Origin: an uncultured bacterium
Lineage (GTDB): Bacteria; Muiribacteriota; UBA6191
Reading direction: 5' to 3'
Assembly (NCBI GenBank): GCA_964539825.1
Contig: CAZIKF010000005.1
Location: 84,271-148,270 of the forward strand
Length of the DNA: 64,000 nucleotides
In this document: piece by piece, positions 18,576-27,900 of the stretch
Position numbering within the stretch: position 1 is the first letter of the stretch
How the letters are laid out: each line of letters begins with the position of its first letter
The notes under the pieces: generated by a model
What the model was told of the DNA's origin: nothing
What the model saw: the letters and a program-made list of their open reading frames with translations, nothing else
The model's database searches: none
Made by a program: the position numbers and the translations under genes

Positions 18576-19729
18576 TCAAGGCACGCTTCACAAGGGTTTC
18601 ATCCATGTCTGTCAGCGCTATCCTAGATCTTTTAAAGAAGCATTACGAACGGGAAGCTCAAGATCGAGCAGACACCCAGAGTCCCTCAAAGGTTTATCCT
18701 AAAGAAATCCAAAACCTCGATAAAGAGGCATCCGAATGGGCATTCGGATGTGCCAATCTACACTCACATTTAGATCGCGAAGAAGTGGATGGCAAGGCAG
18801 TTCTCGACTTTGGCTGCGGAGCCGGAACCGATATGATCTATCTGCGCCATCTCTTTGAACCCAGGGAGGTTCTTGGAATCGATCTGGCATCTTCGATGAT
18901 CAAAAAGGCAAACAAGCTCTTCCAAGATCGGGGATTCGCCAATCTACGTGCGGAAAAACTATCCCTTTTTGAGATTCCAGAAACAAAAAAGTTTGATCTC
19001 ATCCTCTCCAACGCCGTCATTCACCTCAATCCCGAAAAAGATAAGGTCTTTCAACACCTGTACAAGATCAGCTCAAACAGATCCGTCATGATCCTCTCTG
19101 ATTTCGTGGTTAGCAAGCCTCTTCCCCAATCCTTAAAGCAGCACTATCAAACTTCCAAGGGACTCTTTCTATTCGGAGGACTAATCCCTATGGAAGAATA
19201 TATTTCCTTAATTCATAGGACCGGGTTTGAGGAAGTGGATCGGATGGAACTTCTTGAGTTTTCTCCACACCAGGAGATTCGTACGATGCTGGACCACGAG
19301 GATGTTCCCGCAAGTGAGTGGAAAGATTTGGACCAGACCAAATTTCACATTCTCGTTGTGCGCTGCAAAAAGAGAGTAGAGCACGAGTCCATAGCTTTCC
19401 GGTGCGAATCCTGTGAGCACATTAATTCCATGCCTTTCTACCGTTCCCTGAACCTGGAAATTCACCGTAACCTGGGTACCCAACTTCTCGAAGGCAGCCT
19501 GAATCAGGGAATATGTTCAGAATGCTCCTTCGAGCAGATACCAGCACCATTCCAGGTACATGACATGAAAAGGCAAAAAATGTGCTTCCTGTTCCCTCGG
19601 GAGTATGATGTACAAGAAGGACGGTTGCGTTCGGATATTCTCGAGCCCTGCCAAAAAAGGCTACCAGACTATGAGATGGATCTTTGCTTTTCTTTTTCTG
19701 ATTTCAAGCAGTTTCTCTCAGGGGCCTGA
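18572..19729 (+). CDS. Class I SAM-dependent methyltransferase with a C-terminal Cys-rich zinc-ribbon-like region
   Basis: SAM motif I VLDFGCGAGTD and post-I VLGIDLASSMI. C-terminal pairs FRCESCEHIN...CSECSFEQ. Confidence 0.65.
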   Translation: MIKARFTRVSSMSVSAILDLLKKHYEREAQDRADTQSPSKVYPKEIQNLDKEASEWAFGCANLHSHLDREEVDGKAVLDFGCGAGTDMIYLRHLFEPREVLGIDLASSMIKKANKLFQDRGFANLRAEKLSLFEIPETKKFDLILSNAVIHLNPEKDKVFQHLYKISSNRSVMILSDFVVSKPLPQSLKQHYQTSKGLFLFGGLIPMEEYISLIHRTGFEEVDRMELLEFSPHQEIRTMLDHEDVPASEWKDLDQTKFHILVVRCKKRVEHESIAFRCESCEHINSMPFYRSLNLEIHRNLGTQLLEGSLNQGICSECSFEQIPAPFQVHDMKRQKMCFLFPREYDVQEGRLRSDILEPCQKRLPDYEMDLCFSFSDFKQFLSGA

Positions 19730-20264
19730 GACCCTCACTTTCTCCTACCGAGACCTAAACGGTAGGGAAGGCAAATTTCCTATTCATGGAAAACAGGTTC
19801 TTCTTTCATTTCTCAATAAAGAGTCCTCCAGCGTTCTAGAAAAATGGCTTGGTTCACTTCCTTTAGAGGAACTAAAAAGAAGACAAATAGTATTTCTTAA
19901 CATCCTTTTCCCCGGTGGCATCTTCTTCATGATTCCCAAGAAGAAAGCCCGATATTCACTGGGCATAAAAGTCAACCAGGAAGTCGCCAACTATCTAAAG
20001 TTCTCGTCTGAGGTAGAACGCGAAATTTATGATTCCCTTGATATCAGATGGGTCCCTGATTTCGATCGAAAAATTTTTGGACAGTTTGGCTTAAATTCCA
20101 AGCAGTCCCATTTTCTCCTCTTTAACGAAACGGGAACCATCCAGGGGATCTACGAGGGTTTCACCCACATGCAAAAAGTGGATTTTTTATCCAAACTCAG
20201 CTCCCGTAAAGAAAAAAAGCAGGAGACCTCAGTCAAGAGCCAGAACAAACTATCTACCGAGTAA
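19671..20264 (+). CDS. Secreted hypothetical protein
   Basis: Signal peptide MRWIFAFLFLISSSFSQG at an internal Met. The track ORF start at 19605 overlaps the upstream gene and was trimmed. Confidence 0.45.
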   Translation: MRWIFAFLFLISSSFSQGPETLTFSYRDLNGREGKFPIHGKQVLLSFLNKESSSVLEKWLGSLPLEELKRRQIVFLNILFPGGIFFMIPKKKARYSLGIKVNQEVANYLKFSSEVEREIYDSLDIRWVPDFDRKIFGQFGLNSKQSHFLLFNETGTIQGIYEGFTHMQKVDFLSKLSSRKEKKQETSVKSQNKLSTE

Positions 20265-20387
20265 GTTGGATGGTCTTCCCGGGCACTTTGAGAAAACGCT
20301 AATGCTCCCATTGGTTCCAGTAGTTCCTAAAGAGAATATCTTTAGGTACAATGGTGCCCTTTTAAATCAGGTCTTCTTGGGGAAGAT

Positions 20388-20654
20388 GTGAATGAGGAGA
20401 ACAAAATGGCGGATGAGACAGCAAAAAAAGCCACCCAGTCTGGGGACTTTAAACGAGATATTGTGGATTTAATGCTCGATTCTCAAGAGTACCGAGCTCT
20501 TATTTTTCATATTGCCTCTATTCCATCAGAAGAACGGCTGAAACTAGAACGCCCCCAAATCCTGGAGAAGAGCTGGGATTCCCTTATAGATGGCAATAAC
20601 GCCGACTATGCTGTTTTAAACTACTATGTAAGAAAGGGAATTCTAAAGGTCTGA
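20388..20654 (+). CDS. Hypothetical protein (88 aa)
   Basis: ORF only, no motif. Immediately upstream of the cysK-like gene on the same strand. Confidence 0.35.
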   Translation: MNEENKMADETAKKATQSGDFKRDIVDLMLDSQEYRALIFHIASIPSEERLKLERPQILEKSWDSLIDGNNADYAVLNYYVRKGILKV

Positions 20655-20664
20655 TTTAAAATCT

Positions 20665-21582
20665 ATGAAAGTAGCCAATTCAAGTATAGAACTGATCGGT
20701 GAGACCCCGATCCAAATTCTTCACAAACTCACCGGAACCCAATGTGCCCAGATCTGGGCAAAACTCGAATTTAACTCTCCTGGTTCCTCAGTTAAGGATC
20801 GAATTGCCCTGTTTATGCTCAAAGAAGCCCTGAGTGCGGGACTCATAGGGCCTGGTGGAACGGTAATTGAAGCCACAGCAGGCAATACAGGAGTCGGATT
20901 GGCCGTAGTTTGTGCCTCCATGGGATATGATTTTATCTGCATAATGCCCGCAAAGTTTTCCATCGAAAAGCAAAAGGTTGTCGAATTTTTAGGAGGCAAG
21001 GTTCTAAGGACTCCCACAGAAGAGGCCATGCAGGGTGCTTTAGATCTGGCTTATCAAATCCAGAGTGAAAAAGAAAATTCGTGGGTTGTGAACCAATTTC
21101 AGAACCTTTCCAATCCCCAATGTCATTATGAGTCCACTGGCCCTGAAATCTGGGAGCAGACCGAGGGAAGGGTTACTCATATTGCTATCGGCGCGGGAAC
21201 GGGCGGGAGCTTCACGGGTATTGCCCGGTATCTCAAGGAAAAGAACCCCCAGCTCAAAGCCTATGTCGTGGAACCCGAAGGCTCGGTAATCGGAGGGGGA
21301 GAAAAGGGCGATCACTGGGTAGAGGGTATTGGCAACTCCTTCATTCCCGGAACCCTGGACATGGAGCTGTCCGATGGAGTTATTACTGTTTCAGATGAAG
21401 ACTCCAAAAAAATCATCAAGGAACTGGCGGCCAAGGAGCAGCTTCTGGTGGGCGGTTCTAGTGGTGCAAATGTATTTGCGGCGCTTCTTCTCGCAAGAGA
21501 TCTCGACCCATCAAAGATCGTAGTAACCCTCATACCTGACCGGCTTGAGCGATATATTAGCAAAGGAATTCTAGACCTATGA
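20665..21582 (+). CDS. cysK: Cysteine synthase / cystathionine beta-synthase family PLP enzyme
   Basis: PLP-Lys motif SVKDRIALFML. Gly-rich loop GNTGVGLAVV. GGSSGAN near the C-terminus. 305 aa. Confidence 0.75.
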   Translation: MKVANSSIELIGETPIQILHKLTGTQCAQIWAKLEFNSPGSSVKDRIALFMLKEALSAGLIGPGGTVIEATAGNTGVGLAVVCASMGYDFICIMPAKFSIEKQKVVEFLGGKVLRTPTEEAMQGALDLAYQIQSEKENSWVVNQFQNLSNPQCHYESTGPEIWEQTEGRVTHIAIGAGTGGSFTGIARYLKEKNPQLKAYVVEPEGSVIGGGEKGDHWVEGIGNSFIPGTLDMELSDGVITVSDEDSKKIIKELAAKEQLLVGGSSGANVFAALLLARDLDPSKIVVTLIPDRLERYISKGILDL

Positions 21583-22718
21583 GCCGTCTCGCAACCAGGG
21601 TCATCCATGAGGGTTACAAACCTGAACCCTTAGCAGGTTGTGTGTCCCCTCCGATCTATCTCTCCACAACCTATGCACAAGAAAGCGTGGGGGAACACAA
21701 AGGGTTTGAATACGCACGCTCCAATAATCCCAATCGGGAAATCTTGGAAAAAAATATCAGCGCGTTAGAGAATGCAGTGGGCTCCTGTGCCTTTTCTACC
21801 GGCATGGCCGCTATCTCTACACTTGTTCTCTCCCTGGAAAAAGGATCCCATATCATTGTCTCTTCCAATGTATATGGAGGAACTTATAGAGTCTTCACGA
21901 AGGTATTTCAAAATCATGGCCTTGAATTCAGCTTCGTCTCCACGAAAGACCTTGAGGCTCTTCAAGGCAGCCTTCGCCCAAATACACGCCTGATCTTCGT
22001 GGAAACACCAACCAATCCACTGATGGAGATAACAGATATTCAGGCTATTGCTGACTTTGCTCATGAGAATGGGATCCGGCTTTGTGTGGACAACACTTTC
22101 ATGACACCAATCTTTCAGCGTCCGCTGGAACTGGGTGCTGACTTTGTCATCCATTCAGCAACAAAGTATCTCGGTGGACATTCCGATGTTTTAGGCGGAC
22201 TCATTTGCTTAAAAAACAAAGAAGACTATGAAACCCTGAAGTTCCTTCAGAAGTCTGTGGGGAACGTACTCGCTCCCTTTGATTCCTGGCTGATTCTCAG
22301 GGGTATCAGGACTCTCGATGTTCGTATGCAGGCTCATGAAAGAAACGCCAATAAAGTAGTTAACTTTCTCGATGGGCATTGCGGAGTTGAAAAAATTTAC
22401 TATCCCGGGGTAGAAAATCACCCGAATCGGGAAGTAGGATTGCGACAGAGTTCCGGGTATGGAGGAATGATCTCATTCGAATTGAAGAATCCTGATCGAT
22501 TGGATCAATTCCTTAAACGACTGGAGATTTTTACCCTGGCCGAAAGCCTGGGAGCAGTGGAATCCCTTGTTTGTATCCCTGCTTTAATGACCCATGCCTC
22601 AGTACCCGCTGAGGAGAGGGTCAAACTGGGTATAAAAGATACACTCATTAGACTTTCAATCGGTATCGAAGACCCTAAAGATCTCATTGAGGATCTGGAT
22701 AAGGCTCTAAAAGAATAG
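21579..22718 (+). CDS. Cystathionine gamma-synthase / gamma-lyase family (Cys/Met-metabolism PLP-dependent enzyme)
   Basis: PLP-Lys region SATKYLGGHSDVLGG. 379 aa. It overlaps cysK by 4 nt. Together they form a transsulfuration pair. Confidence 0.8.
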   Translation: MSRLATRVIHEGYKPEPLAGCVSPPIYLSTTYAQESVGEHKGFEYARSNNPNREILEKNISALENAVGSCAFSTGMAAISTLVLSLEKGSHIIVSSNVYGGTYRVFTKVFQNHGLEFSFVSTKDLEALQGSLRPNTRLIFVETPTNPLMEITDIQAIADFAHENGIRLCVDNTFMTPIFQRPLELGADFVIHSATKYLGGHSDVLGGLICLKNKEDYETLKFLQKSVGNVLAPFDSWLILRGIRTLDVRMQAHERNANKVVNFLDGHCGVEKIYYPGVENHPNREVGLRQSSGYGGMISFELKNPDRLDQFLKRLEIFTLAESLGAVESLVCIPALMTHASVPAEERVKLGIKDTLIRLSIGIEDPKDLIEDLDKALKE

Positions 22719-22728
22719 GAGAATCAAC

Positions 22729-23331
22729 ATGGCAGAAGAGACTGAGGAAAAAAACCAGAAAAACAGTGACGAAAAACCAGTAGACTTACTAGTTCGCACC
22801 CTCAAGACACGCAGAGTCTTGCTTAGTGAAGACGTTAACTCAAAATCAGCACGTAAAATCATTGATCAACTCTTCTTATTGGAGCAGGACGATCCGGATT
22901 CTCCCATCTATTTCTTTATCAACTCTCCCGGAGGAGAAGTTACTTCCGGCATGGCTATTTACGATGTGATGGAGTTTCTCAAGCCTAAAATTTATACGAT
23001 CGGCTGCGGTCTCGTAGCATCTATTGCCGCAATAATTCATCTACAGCCTGAAAAGGATGCCCGTCTCTCCCTGCCTAACGCAGAGTTTCTTCTTCATCAG
23101 CCCCTTGGGGGGATGCAGGGCTCAGCATCAGATCTGGAGATCCACGCCAACCATATTTTAAGAACCAGAACTCAACTCAATGACCTGATTTCTAATAAGA
23201 GTGGGCAATCTCTGGATGAGGTAGAAAAGAGCACGAAGCGGGACTTCTGGATGACTGCAAGACAAGCTCTGGAATGGGGCCTGGTGGGTAATATTATTGC
23301 CCGTGCCGAAGATCTTCCTGGGAAAGAATAG
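22729..23331 (+). CDS. clpP: ATP-dependent Clp protease proteolytic subunit
   Basis: FINSPGGEVTSGMAIYD. Active-site Ser in GLVASIAA. His in HQPLGG. Asp in KRDFWMTARQALEWGLV. No clpX follows it; the next gene is convergent. Confidence 0.8.
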   Translation: MAEETEEKNQKNSDEKPVDLLVRTLKTRRVLLSEDVNSKSARKIIDQLFLLEQDDPDSPIYFFINSPGGEVTSGMAIYDVMEFLKPKIYTIGCGLVASIAAIIHLQPEKDARLSLPNAEFLLHQPLGGMQGSASDLEIHANHILRTRTQLNDLISNKSGQSLDEVEKSTKRDFWMTARQALEWGLVGNIIARAEDLPGKE

Positions 23332-24525
23332 TCAGATTCCCTTCAGGGCTTCTTCCTTGACCCTGATTTGCTCTTTCAACTCTTCATATCTTTTCAGGGC
23401 CTGCTTTTGACCTCGCTCCACTTTTACCCGAATATCTGGAGGAAATTGTTCTTTGTTGAGAATCTCTGCAGAGAGCTCTTTAAAGTCCTTTAACACGGTT
23501 AACTTTTCCCGATCACCATCTGCCCTCTCCAGCCGGTCTTTCAGCTTCATCCCCATTTTCATGACTTCACGTGCCTTTTGAATCTGGGTCTCCGTGAGAT
23601 CTTTAGAGTACTTCTGCAAAAATTCATCAAGCATATCTTCGTTCAAGTCCAGCGCAGCAAGTTTATCAAGATCCGTAGAAGGCCCCTTGGGAGCTAATTC
23701 CTGAAGGATCTCCTGAAATTGAAGAGCGAAGAATATTTGAAACTGCGTATCCGCCAAAGAGAGAGCCTTTGCAAGATCTCTACGGGAATCGGAAAACCAA
23801 CCCATCCATCTATGCAAAAATCCCGATTGGTAATACAGCCAAAAGGACTTTTCTTCACGAAGCTTTTCCCTGCAGTATTCAATTGCAATTACCACATAAT
23901 AGGTTAGCTTTTTCGGGGGAGTGTCTCCACTGGGCGCAAGACTGCCAAAGATTTCCTGATTCATCTCAGGATAAAGTTTGAGCATTGGAAAGAGGACCTC
24001 GATGATCATCTCCTTCTTAGTCTGGGTGTGAAGTTTCCGTGCCAGGGTCAGTGAAATCTCCTTTCCGCGCTCAAAGAAAGGCTGAATTTCAGGTAAATAA
24101 CTAGATGCCTGACCTGGATCTGCCGCGATAATGTAGGCAAATTCGTCCATAGACTCACCATATCTCTGAGACTCAAAAAAAATTTTACCGCTCCAAAAAT
24201 GGTACTGCAGAGGTTCCGTGTCATCCTCCAACAACAATGTAACCACTTCTTCAGCCTCATCCCATTTTCTATCCTCAATCAGCGAAGGCACCAATTCTTT
24301 AAGCTCCTCAATCTCCATTAATTCATACTCAGCCCCATCTTCTTCAACAGTAAGATCAGGCTCAGACTCCTTCGGTATGGAAGCAAGCTGCTGATTGGAT
24401 TCAGGTTTATTGGATGCTTTCGGTTCTTGATCACTCCCTGAACAACCCTGGCACATAACTAGAATTATTAGGGGAAAGGTAAAAAAAAATTTAAGTCTTG
24501 GAGCAAAAGAAGGATCGGGACCCAT
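23332..24525 (-). CDS. Hypothetical Glu-rich lipoprotein
   Basis: Signal plus lipobox (LIILVMCQGCSG). Acidic/helical. The 5' end contains an A9/T9 homopolymer (24481-24489). Confidence 0.5.
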   Translation of the reverse strand: MGPDPSFAPRLKFFFTFPLIILVMCQGCSGSDQEPKASNKPESNQQLASIPKESEPDLTVEEDGAEYELMEIEELKELVPSLIEDRKWDEAEEVVTLLLEDDTEPLQYHFWSGKIFFESQRYGESMDEFAYIIAADPGQASSYLPEIQPFFERGKEISLTLARKLHTQTKKEMIIEVLFPMLKLYPEMNQEIFGSLAPSGDTPPKKLTYYVVIAIEYCREKLREEKSFWLYYQSGFLHRWMGWFSDSRRDLAKALSLADTQFQIFFALQFQEILQELAPKGPSTDLDKLAALDLNEDMLDEFLQKYSKDLTETQIQKAREVMKMGMKLKDRLERADGDREKLTVLKDFKELSAEILNKEQFPPDIRVKVERGQKQALKRYEELKEQIRVKEEALKGI

Positions 24526-24963
24526 CTAAAAAACCACCGATCGCGATAAGCCCATAAACATCACATATGCGATCCGCAACAGGATCACTCCCAGAATGAA
24601 AGCCAAAAGAATTAAGAACTGACCAAATTCCCTGCGACCCAGCAGCCTTTCAGCTTCTTCTGAATCCTGCCGAGAAATCTTATAGAAGCTATAAATGCTT
24701 CCAAGCACCATAACAACACCTAAGAGAAGATAGATATATTTAAAAGGAGCAATCATAGCGGAAAAGTATAGTGGAATTCCCTGTTTGCCACAAACAACAG
24801 ACCAAATTCTTACCGATAAATCCCTGATTTCATCGGAGAGTTCGGCAAAAGCCTTACAATTTCCTTTGAACCAAGGCTTTTTTTGTGATACATTCCATGA
24901 GATTAGGTCCAAAAAAGGCTCCGTTTCATGAACGACGACGTTCTGAGGGAGATTCGTGAACAT
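24526..24963 (-). CDS. Small membrane protein (start uncertain)
   Basis: Two hydrophobic helices at the C-terminus. The track ORF overlaps the start of the divergent TPR gene by 36 nt, so the true start is probably the internal Met (about 24756). Confidence 0.35.
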   Translation of the reverse strand: MFTNLPQNVVVHETEPFLDLISWNVSQKKPWFKGNCKAFAELSDEIRDLSVRIWSVVCGKQGIPLYFSAMIAPFKYIYLLLGVVMVLGSIYSFYKISRQDSEEAERLLGRREFGQFLILLAFILGVILLRIAYVMFMGLSRSVVF

Positions 24964-27900
24964 TTAGCACGAATCGAGCAACTCTCTGCCCACTATATCG
25001 ATAGGGTACAACAGAATATTAGCGAGCAGGAAACACGCCAGCTCGAAGATGCGCTTACCCAACTCCCTAAGCAAGAGCGCTTGGAAAGGGCTGACCTATA
25101 TTTTAATAGGGCAGAGCAACTCTTTTACCAGGGAGATCTTCACAAAGCTAAGGCAGAATTTCGCAAAGTAGTTCTTGCCGACCCAGATCACAAGCAAGCA
25201 ATTCTTAACCTTGCGAACCTCTCCAGCCTGGCCAGAGAATTTGATGAAGCGATCCTCGGGTTGAAGCACTGCCTGAAAATAGACCCCGAGTATGGTTTTG
25301 CCCAGCAGTGGATCCTACTCCAGTACCGCTTCATGTATGCGAATCATGCTTCTGGCATGGAAATGCTTCAAAGAGTACTCACAAGACTGGAACAACGCTT
25401 TTCTGAAGATTCTAACGGCCCCTGTGACGGCTACGCACTTGCCATGGGCTATCTCCTCTTCGATACCGGTGAAGCCATTGAAAGCCGAATCTCTAGAGCC
25501 AAAAAGATCATACTCAAGGAAATAGAGGATAAACCTTCCAATCCATTTCTTAGATGGGCGCTTAAGTACGCTTGCCTTCATCCAGCCGCCGGCGTACCGT
25601 CCAAAAAAGATTTAAAAAATGCTATCGAAGCCTGCGAGATAGCAGTTGAAGCGGGCTCCTTTCTGGATCAGGCCTATTTTGAACTAGCCGAATCCCTGGA
25701 GATACAGGCAGGCTTCCATGCACCCAAAAAATCCATTTCCCAGGCTCAAGAATTTTATGAAAAGTCCTTGGAGGTTAACTCCTCCCACATAGACTCATTG
25801 ATTCGCCTGGCCACGATTCAAGAAGGCCAGTTTCAATACTATGATGCCCTGAACTACCTTCAAAGGGCAGTGGAACATGATCCATTTCATACCTACGCCC
25901 TCTCGAAACTTGGGCGACTCTATCGGCAGACCCGTTTTTACGATAAAGCCCTTAGTGTACTTAACCGGTTCTTGGAGATAGCAGGAACCTTCGGCTGCAA
26001 CCCTTACCTCAATATTTTGTCTTCCGCGGAGGAGGGATATCTAGATCTACTGGATATCCGCCAGGAACTTGCTCTCACTTTTGAGGCCTCCCACAAAATT
26101 GAGGATGCCCTTTCTCAATACAAAATCATCCTCAAGGAAAAACCGGACATAATCCAGGCCGGCGAAAAATATATAGACCTCTATTTTTGGAAATACAGAA
26201 ATGCCGAGAACGCAGAACATGAGTTTGAAGGACTGATTAAACACTATAAGGAAGTGTGCTTCTTTGACCCTGGAAATGCGGTATTGTCCTACCTTTTGGG
26301 CTATGCTTACTATCGTTTCCATGAGGCTTTTTCCTATAAAGAAGAAGTTCTCACCAGGGCAATCCAACAGTTTGAAAAAGCTACTCGCACCGATGCGACC
26401 CTCAAAGAGGCATACTTTTCCCTCAAAGAACTCTACCTCGAAACAACTTTCCGCCAACAACATTCTGACGCATTGGATAAAGCTTTTAAATGTACTCAAG
26501 GAATTTTGGAACGTCTTCCTGATAATGCGCTTTGCTACTACCATCATGGGGAAGTTCTTGAAGCAAAAGATGAACTTGAAGCTGCCAGCAACCACTTCCA
26601 CAAAGCCATTGAAATTGACCCAGATCTTACTTCTGCTTATTCCAGATTATCCAGAATCCATCACCGACAGGGGGATTATGACAAGGCTATAGAAATCTGC
26701 AACGAAATCTTGAGACGGCTTCCGAATGATGCCTGGGCTCATCATGAACTTGGACAGGTGTTTTATCTAAAGGGAGAGTACAAAAAGGCGTTGAATGAAC
26801 TAACACACGCCATAGAGTTGGACTCAGGTTTCGTAAAAAGCTATTCCCTCATGGGGCAAATTTTTTATGAGCAAAGCAATTATGATAAAGCGCTTCCCCA
26901 GTATTTGAAGATTCTGGATCATGACCAAAGACATCAGCTAGCCCTTTTACGGTGCGGACATCTCTATAACCTACTGGAGCAGTATTCTGATTCGAGAACT
27001 TACCTGGATCGCCTTCTCAAAATAGATCCTGACGATTCAAGAGGAATTCTTGAGTATGGGCATACCTTTTTTCATGAGGAAAAGCTAGATGAAGCTATCA
27101 GTAAATACCGACGGGTTCTGGCTCTTGATCCAAAAAATTTATTAGCTCGCTACAACCTCTCAAGAATTTTTTCAAAGCAGGAGAAACTTGAGGACCAGGA
27201 AAATGAGCTAAGAGACCTCATTCAGCTTTCCCCCCAACACCTTAAGGGATTGCTCGACCTTGGTGATTTATATGTACTCAGAGATCGCGTTTATGAGGCT
27301 GAAGAGCTTTATTCCAAAGCTCGGGAGCATTTCCCCGATTCTCTTGATGTATTGTTTCGTCTGGCTCGCGTTTATGACTCACAGGCTATGCTTGAGAAGA
27401 TGAATGACATCCTCTACCAGATTCTGGAGCTTGACCCCCAGAACTACCAGGCCACCTACCTTCTGGCTCGCGGCTATGAACAGAGAAAGTTTTTTGAGAA
27501 GGCTTATCAGCATTATCAAAATGCTCATAAGATGAATCCCAAGGACATCGAAATTTTATTCTCCCTTGGAAATCTTGATTTTCAGCAAAACCAACTCCAG
27601 CAAGCGGAAGAATACTTTAAGAAAGTTCTCAAAGGGGACTTTCATCATGTCCCCAGTTTGAAGCGGCTTGGTCAGACCAAGTACCAGACCCATGAATACA
27701 AGGATTCCATTACCTTTTTCAAGAGAGCCAGCGAGAAAGATCCCAACGACTTTGAAACTCACTATCTCATGGGCCGATGCTATTTCGAACTCGGGCTGCT
27801 AGATAAAGCCAAAGACACCTTTTACACCGCTCTGGACTTAGCGCCAAATCACTTGGAATCCAATCGTGCCCTGGGACAGCTTTTCCTCAAAGAAACAAAC

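Noticed and set aside
20265-20664. SAM/T-box-type riboswitch upstream of the cysK-like / cystathionine gamma-synthase pair
   Set aside because: No S-box or T-box conserved cores were found. The region instead contains an 88-codon ORF of unknown function.
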